Source: Rhizophagus irregularis (lineage: Eukaryota). Taken from it: a stretch of DNA of 64,000 nt. The position numbers and the translations under genes are program-made. Shown in pieces: positions 26,366 through 39,360 of this stretch. Each line of letters opens with the position of its first letter. Position 1 is the first letter of the stretch. The DNA lies in NCBI RefSeq assembly GCF_026210795.1, contig NC_089435.1, positions 1,798,001-1,862,000 on the forward strand, given 5' to 3'. Under the pieces are notes generated by a model. It worked only from the letters and a program-made list of their open reading frames with translations. It ran no database searches and was not told the DNA's origin.

Positions 26366-26903
26366 TTGTTCTTTCGAAATTTTGGTTTTTTTTAAAAAAA
26401 GATTCTTTTTAAGATCCGATTCGTATATAATCAGTAGTGCGTTACTATATAAATTCGGGGCAGAGTTATTATGAAAATAGCAAAATTGAGTAGGACAAAC
26501 TTGGGGGTTCTGGGACAGCAGCTATCACATAGGTCTAACCATAATTTAGTGTACCCCCAGACTACCTAGCCTTGTTTTCTGATATGATAACACTATACCT
26601 GTTTTTCTATTCCCAGACCACCTCACCTTGATTCTTGATATATTATTACTTGATAGCTAAAAAGAACCTCCCAAGCGTTGTAAATAAGATTAAAATCATA
26701 TATTCCTAGGCATTATTACCACGCATGGATCCATTCCAGGGTATCATAATTTTATGCTATATCAGATTGCCTTTATAAGTGCCAAAAATATGAAGGACAC
26801 AAAGTGTCTGTAATACCGATGGCAGGATTCAGCAATCCATTGTGGCATACTATTTTTATGATACTCTAAAATGGATTCATTTGATGATTTAAGCCATTCA
26901 TGC

Positions 26904-27350
26904 TCTAACCAAAAATTTTTAACAGGAAGGCAACTAGATATGTTTTAAAGCTTTTCCTGCTATATGAAAAAATCTGGGACAACAGATCTAACCAAAAGTC
27001 TAACCAAAAATCTAACCCAGGTCTAACCAAAAATGTATAGCAGGAAGGTAACTAGACATATTGTAAAGCTTCCCCTGCTATACGAAAAAATCTGGGACAG
27101 CAAAGTCTAACTAAAAATCCAACCCAGGTCTAACCAAAAAATGTATAGCAGGAAGGCAACTAGACATATTGTAAAGCTTTTCCTGCAATACGAAAAAATC
27201 TGGGACAACAGGTCTAACCAAAAGTCTAACCAAAAATCTGACCCAGGTCTAACCAAAAAATATATAGCAGGAAGACAACTAGACATATTGTAAAGCTTCC
27301 CCTGCAATAAGAAAAAATCTGGGACAATTAAGTCTAACCAAAATTTAACC
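26904..27350. repeat. Four ~108-118 bp tandem repeats, each with an internal hairpin and TCTAACCAAAA iterations
   Basis: The unit tctaaccaaaaatgtatagcaggaagg(c/t)aactagacatattgtaaagctt(c/t)cctgc(t/a)atacgaaaaaatctgggaca starts at ~26904, 27021, 27129 and 27247. Confidence 0.9.
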
Positions 27351-27586
27351 CTAATCATAAATTGCTCTGATTCTTTGACGAAGCCTATTTTCATACCAAT
27401 TTTGATAGTAACTCCCAATATGAGATTGACATCGACCACTAGATGAACCTGTAGGTTTACCACATACAGCACAAGGAAAGTGTGATTTTGTCTTCCAATG
27501 AATGCGACAACCTTCTGGCCTCACACAAGGATGACCACAAGGCTTCCTGTGTTATGTAAATATTCACAAGTATATTCTCCAATCAT
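27351..27586 (-). pseudogene. Small Cys/His-rich (putative Zn-binding) protein with a frameshift
   Basis: MIGEYTCEYLHNTG, then a 1-nt shift, then KPCGHPCVRPEGCRIHWKTKSHFPCAVCGKPTGSSSGRCQSHIGSYYQNWYENRLRQRIRAIYD*. Confidence 0.55.
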
Positions 27587-27638
27587 TTTTATTAAGTATA
27601 AATAAGTTAAATTAAAAAAAACTTTATATAATATAAAA

Positions 27639-27989
27639 ATGTCTACCCAAGCTATACCAGCTAAGCCAACATACCGTGAAATTGAATCAGCTCTAATTGC
27701 TGTAATTAAAGCAGGCATCCTTTACAAGAAACCAAAGGATGGAAAATTCATGTTATGTTACAAACAAAGGATAATCAACTTGCGTCAAGCAGAAGAACCA
27801 GAAAATTTTGTTCTTGAAACAGCACAATCTATTCTACCTAATGAGACAAAGTATCAGCAAATCTTGGAAAATTATAAGACCTGGTATAGCAGAGAGCCAA
27901 AACTTTTGTCTGCTATTAATAAGCTATACAGGTTATACTATGAATTGGCAAAAGACTACTTCCTCACAGACTCCTATCTTAATTCGTAA
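27639..27989 (+). CDS. Hypothetical 116-aa intronless protein within the integrase-associated cassette
   Basis: Clean ORF with an aaaATG context, divergent from the Cys-rich ORF. The 3' end abuts or overlaps the integrase, so it may be truncated. Confidence 0.5.
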   Translation: MSTQAIPAKPTYREIESALIAVIKAGILYKKPKDGKFMLCYKQRIINLRQAEEPENFVLETAQSILPNETKYQQILENYKTWYSREPKLLSAINKLYRLYYELAKDYFLTDSYLNS

Positions 27990-29030
27990 GTACCCATTGT
28001 GGTGGAAGTTCTGTATCATCTGGTATAACCAAAAGTTCTTCCCTCACAAAGGATCTCTCTAATTCTTTACCATCATCATCAGTAAGCCAGTATAAAACTG
28101 GTTGATTTTTCTGTGTTAAAGACATATGGATATGATAAATCTTAGGTGACCAATTCATATCTCCTGCTCGACGTCTTCCACCTTCCAGATCATTTGGTTC
28201 AAGTAAGTACCTTACACTTATATCAGGTGGTAGTTTTTCCTCTTCATACCCAACAGGTCCATCATGAGAATAAGAAGATCTGGAAGACACTTGTGATTTT
28301 TTTATAGCTACAGCAGGAGATATACCAAGTTGTTGGGTCACTGAGTTATTTATACTTTCTACAGCAATAGGTAAATTTTTTACCCAGACTCGAGATCTCA
28401 TTTTACCTAAAGTTAGTAAGTCAGATGCATCTTGAGAGGGAAATAGTTTCTCAACCAAGGTACGATTATATCACTCCACAATGCCAACAGTACGCTTAGA
28501 CTTGGCCTTCTGAATTTTTACACCATGGGAAGTCATCAGCTTTTCACACTTACCTTTAAACTCTGAACCCCTATCTGTAATCAATAATTTTGACCAAGTG
28601 AGTGGACATGTTGTATCATCATATACCTTTTCAAAAGCCCGAGCAATAGTATGAGAAGTTAGGATTCCCTGTCAATCTTTAACACTGGTTGAACCTATGG
28701 GAATACTTCCTTTATACTTTGATGCTATATCAACTATATTGAGACAGAAAAGATAAGTCACATGTCCAATCTTGTCATATGGCATATACAAAATGTCAGC
28801 TTGATGAACTTCATTGAGAACTTGTATAGAACTGAAACTTACTTGAGGGATAAATCGGGGACGAGGTTTGTGGACTTGATGTACTGCCTGTCTTTCAAGC
28901 CAATCCTGCACTTCATCTAAGGTGAAATCATGTCCAGCATTTTGTGATGTCTCATACAATTTTTTGGCAGTCCTCTGATATCCAGATGGTTTGTGGAATA
29001 TTCTGCGTAAAGTCAAAGTCACCTCCACAT
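27979..29030 (-). pseudogene. Polinton/Maverick-like (retroviral-type DDE) integrase with two in-frame TGA stops
   Basis: One continuous frame: LRRIFHKPSG...KLY...EVQDWLERQAVHQVHKPR, VHQADIL, LNIVDIASKY, LITDRGSEFKG, GIVE*YNRTL, WSPKIY, SFVREELL. Stops at 28674-28672 and 28473-28471. Confidence 0.8.
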
Positions 29031-29069
29031 TTTGTGCTTCATCAGAATCTATCGGAATAATAGGAATCA

Positions 29070-29351
29070 ATGGGAGTTGAACAGGCATATCTTGACCTAT
29101 TAAATAGCAACTTTGATTTGCACAAACAGCTAGTTCAAGAGGAAACAAATAATATTTCCAATAAAGAGAAAATCCATAAACTCACAAAGGAAATAGAAGC
29201 ATGTGAACGATACATTTCCTACCTCGAAAAAAATCTTGTCTCACATGAGGATGAGATTGATCAGTTAAAAGCAGAGTGTCAGTCCACTTTAGTTGAACTT
29301 GGAAAGTATCGAGATCACTTAGAGTTAAAGGAAGAGGCACTTGTTGCCTAA
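29070..29351 (+). CDS. Coiled-coil protein fragment, probably part of the same mobile cassette
   Basis: 93-aa heptad-rich E/K/L ORF within the GC-richer island. Confidence 0.4.
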   Translation: MGVEQAYLDLLNSNFDLHKQLVQEETNNISNKEKIHKLTKEIEACERYISYLEKNLVSHEDEIDQLKAECQSTLVELGKYRDHLELKEEALVA

Positions 29352-29806
29352 TTCAGCTTTGGTAGAAAGGCTCTGGTCAAACATGGGATTTTTACATTCA
29401 AAACGTCAAAATTGGCTTGATGTATGTAAAAAATAATTTATAATTTAATTGTTTAATTCATATAAATTAATTTAAATTTTATTTTAAGTGTATAAGAACT
29501 GACCTCTAACAATATGAATATTAAACATAACAAAAATAACGGTGTTTCCAAAACATGTATTGTATACTTGGCGTTGTATGTATTGTATATTGATTTTTTC
29601 TGTTTGTATGAAATGTATAGTTTGTTTTATATCCATACATGTATAAATATCGTATACTATGTATGGATTACATATTTTATATTTTATTATACATGTATAA
29701 ATTATTGTACTTAATTGTAATTTTTTTAAATCGGAATTTTGCAAAAATAAACCTTTTATTATCAATAAATTTTAATATTCAATATACTAATTACATATTA
29801 AGTATA

Positions 29807-32800
29807 TTAAGTTCTTTTACGCAATTTAAGATTTTCCAACTCTAATTTTTCGATTTCTGCTTGGGCTTTACGATCTGCTGTTCGCCTTTCAGCTAATTTC
29901 ATTTTTCGTTCTTCAATCTCTAGCTTTATAATTTCTTGCTCTTCATTACTGCTATCAATATCAATTTTAGTTTTATTCGTTTGTTTTGTTTTTGAATTAT
30001 TTTCACTTGTAGTTTCTTGTTCGTCATTACTGTCGTCTATGTCAATTTTAATTTTTTTTGATTTCAAATTATTTTCACTTGTAGTATTCTTTCTTTTTCC
30101 TCTTTTTGGTTGTTCTCTATTTGTTATATCCTGCATTGGTACTATTTTAATATAATTAAATGAGATTAATTAATTAATTAATAATTAGATGAAATTTAAT
30201 TTAATGTACTTTTATAATAAATAGCCTACTTTTTGATTCTTCTGATGTATCCTTTTGGCTTTTTTATTAGCATTAGTATCTATTAAAGTAATGTATTTTA
30301 GAATAAATAATTTAATTACAATTATTACTTTATAATTACTTGCCTTTTCGTGACATAGCTTTTGCTTTTCGTTTAATTTCACTTTTATTTCTTCTGGTAT
30401 ATGGAACACCAAATTTATCATTAATTTCAGCTATCTTAAAAAGTCTTTCATCAAGTCGTCTACCTCTAAAAATGGTTTAAAAAAAAATTAAAAATTAAAA
30501 AAAAAAAATTGATTTTAAATTTAGTGCTATAATTAACCTCATAATTGCTGTAAGAAGCTTCAATTGCTTTCCCTCTCGATTGGCTTGAGCATGAGCTGCT
30601 TCGGCTATATTTGTGTTATTTCCATGACGATCCCAAATTTCATTTTCCATATTTGAGTTATATTTATTTAAAGACGCCAAAACATAGGGTTGGCGATAAT
30701 ATTGAACCCAATCTATTATATGAATAATTATCATAAGAATAAAATTAAAAATTAAAATTACAATTAATAAAAAAAATATTAATTATCATTTACCTATTAT
30801 ACGTTTATTATCATATAACTCTAATTTTTTAAAGCATTCGTGAACTTCTTCGACACTAGATCTGGTTGGAATTGATTTTGCTAATAGATGTACTTCATTA
30901 TCAAATTTTTTAGCTATTAAATTACTAAAAAAAAAATATATTAAAATTTCATAATTTTAAATATTTTATAATAATTCTAAAAGTGTTCTTACCGATTAAA
31001 ATGGACAAAACATGATTTAAAAATATATGTCAAATGCTCTTCCCAATTTCTACTAGGATCTCTTTTTTCTAAAGCCAATCCCAGACCCTTTGCTTGTCCA
31101 GGATCAAGATCTCCAAGTATGCATTCCCAACCTGTTCCATCAATATGATAAAATTTTACAGGCTTTTCACTTAAATTTTCAATTACTTCAAAAAGCTGAG
31201 TAAATAAACGTTGATACGCGTTAGCTGTAAATATGTTAGTATAAATACGACAATAGGACAATACTAAAAAAAATTAATGTTAATTATTTTTATAAAAATA
31301 TAATGATATAAGCATATACTATAATTTAATTAATATATTTACTTAATTTGTGCATTTCATCATAAGAGTTAACTTCGAATTCATTAATATCCCCCTGTAC
31401 TCTTTTAAATGTTAAGTCAATTTGAAAGCACTTTAAATTTTGTAATGCTTTTGCTTGAAAATCAAGCATACATAAAATCAAAGTTTGTCCATCCTCAAAT
31501 TGCTCTATAATAAAAGATAATAATAAATTATAATTTCATATAACAAATCTCAGTAAAATGTAATACAAAAATTAAATATACAGTAATGCTTACCTATACG
31601 ACGTACATAGTTATGCATATCAAATTTCTTGCACTGAACACTATGCATAACACCCAAATTTCCCTGTCCATAGGGATGCATATTCTTGTAACATTTAGCA
31701 ACAAGTGTCCTAAGTTTATCTACATTATTTAATGATGCATGCACCTCTGATAAAGTATCTTTATCAAAGGTTGCATTAATGCTGTTATTTTCTATTTAAA
31801 TAAAATATAGTATAAAATTGTTAGTATTTTAGTATTAAATTATGTAATTACTTTTTTAAAAAAAAACTTACTTGCTATAATTGAGCGTGGAGTTACACTA
31901 TCATCTGAAGTAATAATATTTTGAATCATTGTTTGTAATTCATCTCTAATGCCTACTGGTGTGCATTCTGGTGGTGGTGGTGGGTGGTTATGTGTACCTA
32001 TGCATACTAATGCAATATAAGGACATGCGGCTAAATCATATGGAATGAATTTAATAAACTGCACATTGCATGTTCGTTCAACTATAGTTCCTTGTACGAC
32101 TTGATTATCTTTAACATGTGGAAACTCTTAACAAAAATAAAAAATAATTTTAGTCATTATATATTTATTATGTTTAATTTTTTATATCAAAATTTAATTA
32201 ATTTACTAACCACATGATTTTATTCTTGAGGCTCATGGAACCAAGGTACAGCATTGGTTTTCCTTATCATCTACATCAATCTGAATTTATACAATTAATA
32301 GTATTTAGTAATATGTAAATTAAATAAATAATTGTAGAGTAATACTTACATCTCGTCCTTGAAAAAGATCTCGCAATAATTCCAAATCAATTTCTTCTTG
32401 GACTTTAATGTATCGATGCCATTTTTCTCCTCTAATCCATTTGTCACATCCAATAAAAAACTCTTCGCCTCCATTTTTAATAATTCTTCTTAATTTTGCT
32501 TGGCCATTGCAAAATTGATTATTTACTTTATATTTACAGGTCGTTAATTAGGCAGCAAGATAAAAACTAATTTAAATATATATAAACTGATTAATATTAA
32601 CAAATAAAAATAATTAACATAAAGCAAATATTAATAAACTTACGTATAAGTTTTAACTTTTTTATTATTATTATATTTATGTTGATTTAATTTAATAAAT
32701 GTTTCTGATTCCATATCAACTTCATTATGCTGCTCATTAATAAAATTTGGATCGGCAAAAGAACAATGTTTGATCCCTTGGCACTTTCGCACATCCTTTT

Positions 32801-33284
32801 TTACTGACACTCCAAGATAAGGACAATTTTGTATTGTAGTTGATCCACCTGTTCCATTATTAGAATACTGAATCTAATATGATAATAAATTAAATAAAGT
32901 AGCAAAGTAAAATAATTTTAATGATGAAAAATATTTACATCATTAAAACAGGCCATTGGATTTGCCCAGCCAGTAATATTGAATATTGTGGCCACTCCTT
33001 GTGGTGAAGTTTTTGGATATTCAATCGGAAGAGCTGAATGTATAACTTCTGGAACTGAGAGATATTTTGTAAAAAATGCTATTGGTTCCTCATTTTCATT
33101 AAAATTCCAAATAAAAATTAAAAGTTATTTAAATAATTATATTAAACCTTAATAATATCAAATTAGTAAAAAAGGACAAAAAGTAAACCTGTTCATCTTT
33201 TTCAGAATATTCATCTTCAGATATAGTTTCACCATCAGATATAGTCTCAATATCTGAGAGAATAATTGGATTTATTTTGGACAT
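29807..33284 (-). pseudogene. Multi-exon MULE-type DDE transposase, inactivated
   Basis: ATG at 33284. Zn-finger-like C...CIGTHNHPPPP; first Asp candidate FQIDLTFK; ILGDLDPGQAKGLG; KSCFVHF (CxxH); NTNIAEAAH (catalytic Glu candidate); basic/coiled-coil C-terminus. Premature stops TAA 32550-32548 and TGA 32235-32233. Confidence 0.75.
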
Positions 33285-33334
33285 AGTAATAAACGCATTG
33301 TAAATATTAGAAAAAAAAAATAGAAAAGAAAAGC

Positions 33335-33475
33335 AAACTACAATAATACTGCGCGTTTAAATTGTTATTATTATTATATAAAAGTGAAGCACAATGAGAC
33401 TGCGCGTTAATTGTTATTATTATATAAAAGTGAAGCACAATAAGATTGCGTGTTAATTGTTTTATTATTACTATA
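33335..33475. repeat. Three ~45-50 bp repeats upstream of the transposase
   Basis: acaat(a/g)a(g/t)a(c/t)tgcg(c/t)gttaattgtt..tattattatataaa is repeated three times. Confidence 0.7.
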
Positions 33476-33893
33476 TAAATTATGTAATAAATCAAATAAA
33501 TCATGTAAAAAAACCTGATATAGATAATTTACATAATGCTTTATTATTTTTTTTCCAAAAAAAAAAGTTAAATTTAGTAACAGTAATTGTGTGTAAGTTA
33601 CTATATTTCCATATTTATTAAACAATACATGAAATTGCTACACTTGTTATACAATACAGACATAACTAACTTTACACTTTACACTGAACCATACATTACA
33701 TACGTTGAAAAATTATAATATACTATACATACAGTGTTAATTATACACTACATGTTTGCTATATACCCCAAAAATAAAATTAATATAAATAAAGATTATT
33801 TCAATAATTATTATATCTGTATTTAAAATATTAAAAATTGAAATACAATAACTGACAAATAGTTCAACAAATAAAGAATAAATAATAGAATTA

Positions 33894-36800
33894 TTAAATG
33901 TTAACTTCACATTCAAAACAACCAGTATTTAAGATTTCAGTAAGTTTACGACTTGTATGATATGCTTGTGTATGAGGTTGTATAATAGAAGCATTTGCTT
34001 GCTCTTGTACTAAAGTTTTGTTTGCTTTTATAAATTCAAACATATCAACTTCTGATTGATTATCAATATTAAGTACTTGATATTTATAATTTCCATCCCT
34101 ATTTATTTCATAATATTCATTAATACATCTAATCCATTCAGATATAATATTTTCTAGCATTGTTATGGTTGGTCTATTGGAAGGATCTGAATCCCAACAT
34201 CTTTTCATTAAATCTATATAACATTTTGGAGTATTTTCAATAATTTCAGGGCGTTCCCCTTTACAAACACTCAAAATAAGGTGATGATCATGTGCTACAT
34301 GATTAAATGGAGGAATACCAGATGCAAATTCCCACATTATCATTGAAAAGCTATAAATATCACTTGCTGGTGTATAGGGTTTTTTTCTTAATATTTCAGG
34401 CGCCATATAAGGCAAAACTCCATAAACTTCATTTAATTTACTATCAGAGTCTTGTAAATCACTTATAGGTTTACATAATCCTAAATCAATAATAAATAAC
34501 TCATTGTAATTATCTGATAATAAAATATTACCATCATGAAAATCACCATGAGTTAAATTTGATTCATGAATTACTTTAAGTCCTAATACAATTTTTTTCA
34601 ATAATTGTAACTTTTCTTGCCATTTAAATTTAATTATATCAGATAAACATTTTCTTAAACTTCCTTTTTTTGCATAACTCATTACTATTATATAATTTAA
34701 ATTATTTGGATCTTGGGTAAATCCAAAGAATTGAATAAATTTTGAAAATGATTTTTTCTGACAATTATAATGATATTTCCACTGTATAAATAATAAAACA
34801 AAATTAATTTTTGTCAAAAGAAAAAAAAAATGCCAATAAAAATAAATAATATACCTCATCCAGAAATTCACTATTTAAATTTGTTGAATTATTAAGTATT
34901 TTAAGAATAACCTCATAGCTGAATTGTCTATTCCATTGTTGTTTGTCAAAATTCCAACTAAAAATTGGTCCATCCAACCAGATAGCTTTATTAATTTCAC
35001 TAAATCCTCCTTTATCATAATAATTAATATTTGACAATTTATTATAAGGTATCCATTCTAAAATTTCATAACTATTTTTGGCATTTAGTTGTGCTTCTTG
35101 AATAAATTTATCAATAAATTCATTTTTACTGGTCCACTTTGAAAAATTATGTTGAAATTGTTTGACATTACATTGTTGACACCACTGGTAATTAGTATAT
35201 AGCTGTTTGCATATATTACATAATTCAACTTCAATTTTAAAACCTATTTTATTACTTTCTGTTGATTTTTGATGCCAATAAAAGGCTTTTTCTAAATTCT
35301 TTTCTGTTCCCTCCCTATTATAATACTTATTGGCTAAAATATTCATTGCATAATTATTACCATTTTCTGCTGCTTTTTGATACCAATAAAAGGCTTTTTC
35401 TAAATTTTTTTCTGCTCCTCCATAATAACATCTATTGGCTAAAAAAAACATTGCATAAATATTACCATTTTCTGCTGCTTTTTGATACCAATAAAAAGCT
35501 TTTTCTAAATTCTTTTCTGTTCCTTCTTCATTTTCATAACAAAAGGCTAAATTATTCATTGCATAATCATTACCATTTTCTGCTGCTTTTTGGTACCAAT
35601 AAAAAGCTTTTTCTAAATTCTTTTCTGTTCCTTCTCCATTTTCATAATATAAAGCTAAATTATTCATTGCATTTATATTACCATTTTCTGCTGCTTTTTG
35701 GTACCAATAAAAGGCTTTTTCTAAATTCTTTTCTGTTCCCTCCCTATTATAATACTTATTTGCTAAATTATTCATTGCATTTATATTACCATTTTCTGCT
35801 GCTTCTTGATACCAATAAAAGGCTTTTTCTAAATTCTTTTCTGTTCCCTCCCCATTATAATGCTTATTGGCTAAAATAAACATTGCATTAATATAACCAT
35901 TTTCTGCTGCTTTTTGATACCAATAAAAGGCTTTTTCTAAATTCTTTTCTGTTCCTTTTTCATCTTTATAACATAAGGCTAAATTAAACATTGCATTAGA
36001 ATTACCATTTTCTGCTGCTTTTTGATACCAATAAAAGGCTTTTTCTAATTTATTTTCTGCTGCTTCTTCATTTTTATAACATGAGGCTAAATTATTCATT
36101 GCATCTATATTACCATTTTCTGCTGCTTTTTGATACCAAAAAAAGGTTTTTTTTAAATTATTTTCTATTCCTTCTCCGTTTTTATAACATATAGCTAAAT
36201 TAAACATTGCATCAGTATCACCATTTTCTGCTGCTTTTTGATACCAATAAAAGGCTTTTTCTAAATTCTTTTCTGTTCCTTCTCCATTTTCATAACATAA
36301 AGCTAAATTATTCATTGCATTGATATTACCATTTTCTGCTGCTTTTTGATACCAATAAAAGGCTTTATCTAAATTCTTTTCTGTTCCTTCTCCATTTTCA
36401 TAACATAAAGCTAAATTATTCATTGCATTGATATTGCCATTTTCTGCTACTTTTTGATACCAATAAAAGGCTTTTTCTAAATTCTTTTCTGTTCCTTCTC
36501 CATTTTCATAATATAAAGCTAAATTAAACATTGCATCAGAATCACCATTTTCTGCTGCTTTTTGATACCAATAAAAGGCTTTTTCTAAATTCTTTTCTAT
36601 TCCCTCCCCATTTTCATAACATATGGCTAAATTATACATTTCTTCTTTAACACCATTTTCTGCTGCTTTTTGATACCAATAAAAGGCTTTTTCTAAATTC
36701 TTTTCTGTTCCCTCCCCATTATAATACTTATTGGCTAAATTATTCATTGCATTTATATTACCATTTTCTGCTGCTTCTTGATACCAATAAAAGGCTTTTT

Positions 36801-37332
36801 CTAAATTCTTTTCTGTTCCCTCCCCATTATAATACTTATTGGCTAAAATAAACATTGCATTAATATTACCAATTTCTACTGCTTTTTGATACCAATAAAA
36901 GGCTTTTTCTAAACTCTTTTCTGTTCCTTCTCCATTTTCATAGCATAAAGCTAAATTATTCATTGCATTTATATTACCATTTTCTGCTGCTTTTTGATAC
37001 CAATAAATGGCCTTTTCTAAATTCTTTTCTGTTCCTTCTCCAGTTCTGTAATTATTGGCTAAATTAAAAATTGCATCAGTATTTCCATTTTCTGCTGCTT
37101 TTTGATACCAATAAAAGGCTTTTTCTAAATTCTTTTCTCCTTCTCCATAATAATATCTATTGGCTAAAATATTTATTGCATAATCATTACCATTTTCTGC
37201 TGATTTTTCTAAAGAATTAATACATTCTTTACACCATAATTCTTCAGTAAAGGGTTTATTGCAATATGAACAATTTTTGGTGTTTACTATATCAGTAACT
37301 GAGATATTAGATTTACTAAATTTGGTTTCCAT
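33894..37332 (-). CDS. Sel1-like-repeat (18 units) + TKL protein kinase, ~1121 aa
   Basis: Exons 37332-34855 and 34781-33894. 36-aa repeats xxxAMxNLAxxYxNGEGTEKNLEKAFYWYQKAAENG, CxxC motifs, then KGGFS, VILK, HGDFHDGN, DLG, APE. Confidence 0.92.
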
Positions 37333-39360
37333 TTGTTTTATTTTAGAAATTTATTTTACCAAAAAAATTATTTTTTTAGATAAATATTTTTTAGCAAATA
37401 TTTCATGAATGAGTTACTAAAAAGGAATACTTTAACCAAAAGTAGAAGTTACAACAAAAAAATATTTTTCGGTCCATAATTTTTCCGATGCTCTGATCTG
37501 CGTTGAAAAATTCCTTTAAAAATACCGGGATCGTCTGTACATTTAAGGAGAGTATAATCACATGACTTTTAATAGCGCAAAAATTTTTGTATTGTGCCGA
37601 TCATAATTAACTATAAGTTATTAAATAGTAATGTCGTCTTATTAAATCTTTTCCGGTTAATAAAAAGTTTAAATGTAAAATTGAATAATATGGCATCGTG
37701 ATTGAGCAATACTGTACAAATATGGAAAATATATTAACCATTTGTTTGATTACATGATTATATTAATTTATTTTGCAAGTAAAAAAAAAGCCACACTGAC
37801 TAGTCAAATACAGTCAAATATTATGACCTAAAAATTACGTAACATTTTTTTTTTTCAAAAATATTTCAAACTTCTTTTTTAACTTACTCCCGACTCCCAA
37901 ACTTCTCTTCCAACTTACTTAATCATAAACTTTTAAGTTATCTGAAAAGCCTTTCTTGAAGATTGAAATCCCCGGATCATGGAACGAATTTATTACATTT
38001 ATTACTTTAAAATTTTCATTTATAAAACCAATATTATCAGGTATGGCATATGCCACAAAAGCAGTTAATGTCACCAAGATGAAGTGACAAATGCTCCTTC
38101 CCCAAAGTGATTGATCCAATTTAAGGTGCTACTGATCTTTTGATTCTTATTATAAGTTGAAACTTTCTTTTAATAAATTAATTGTGTAATGATACTCTTT
38201 TTTTAATATATATTCATTATTTTGTTACAATTCATGTTACTGTTTTTAAATTTAAAATAGTTTTTAAGCAATTTTATAATAATTTTATTTTTATTTGTTA
38301 TTATAAAAAGTTTATTTATTTTTGTGTAAAGGATCTTAATAATAATGTGATATAATTAAATAATAAAAGGGGGTTTTGAAAATTTATATAAGCGTATGAC
38401 AAAGACATTTTACGTCGCCAAGATGAGATAACCACGCCGCCAAGATGAGGCCAAGATGAGGTGAGCATTTGATCCTAAAGATGGGCAAATCTATATAACC
38501 GTAAAATCGGAAGTGAGTAAAAATCTAATTTATATGTTTACAAGTTATTTACTGTATAAAAATAGAATCAATTACATATGAAAACTTAGTCATAATTATT
38601 ACATTATTGTTTATTCAGACTGCGCAAATTCAACTTCATTTTGTTTACGTACGGAATATATCTTTTAACGGAAAAAATTGAAAAAATTGAAAAAATTATA
38701 GTAATTTTATCGAGTTGCAAGAAAATTTGCACATCAATCTCTGCAGGTAACTTTGTTCTATTTTCACATCACCTTGCAAGTTGTATGATGTGAAAATCTC
38801 ATAATGGGTTAGGGTTAGGGTCAGCAAAGCATGTTGATAAACAACTGATAGGAATAATCATCTATAGAATATCTACAGAATAGGAGAATAGCGTGTTCAC
38901 GAAATATATAAAATTTAATGTTATATAATATATAGTATACTTAGTATTTATGAGAATCGATGGAGTCACAAAAAATAATTCTCGCATGTATTTGCAATTT
39001 TTATTTCGCTATGCATCAGTTTCTGCAATACTAAAGATAGTTTATGTTTACTTTTAAGAGTAATGGTGATATTTAAAATTATATTTTAAGTCGTGTAAAA
39101 GGTGAAAATTTAGCTATACGTAACTTGTCAGTGACCTTACTTTAATTGAAGGTCATGGTTATTGTCACATGTAAAATAATGATTACGAAAAACAAATCAG
39201 AGTCAGTAAATCATTAATGATTATGATTGTAATTTAAAATTTGAACTTAACACCACAAAATTATATCATATTAAATAAAATAACTCGTTTTTTTTCATAT
39301 AAAAGTATTATCTTTATTTATATATATAAGATATTTCTATATATAACAAGATACTTGTGG

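Larger units (their letters stand above)
29540..33768 (-). mobile_element. Mutator-like (MULE) DNA transposon, ~4.2 kb, imperfect long TIRs, 9-bp TSD
   Basis: TSD CAAAAATAA at 29531-29539 and 33769-33777. The left end cggtgtttccaaaacatgtattgtatac...tgtatgtattgtatatt...gtatgaaatgtatagtt aligns with the reverse complement of the right end gggtatatagcaaacatgtagtgtataa...tgtatgtatagtatatt...gtatgtaatgtatggtt. Confidence 0.85.

Noticed and set aside
27107..27472. 121-aa minus-strand ORF
   Set aside because: Mostly reads through the tandem repeat and overlaps the Cys-rich pseudogene in another frame.
35262..35879. Antisense 205-aa ORF (also 49857-50084 and 50289-50951)
   Set aside because: Shadow frames of the Sel1 repeat DNA; they repeat with the same 108-bp period and have no independent coding signal.
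37919..38119. 66-aa minus-strand ORF with coding-like composition
   Set aside because: No recognisable family; possibly a pseudogene fragment, but unsupported.
38806..38821. Telomere-like GGGTTAGGGTTAGGG
   Set aside because: Only ~2.5 units and internal; too short to call a telomeric or interstitial telomeric array.
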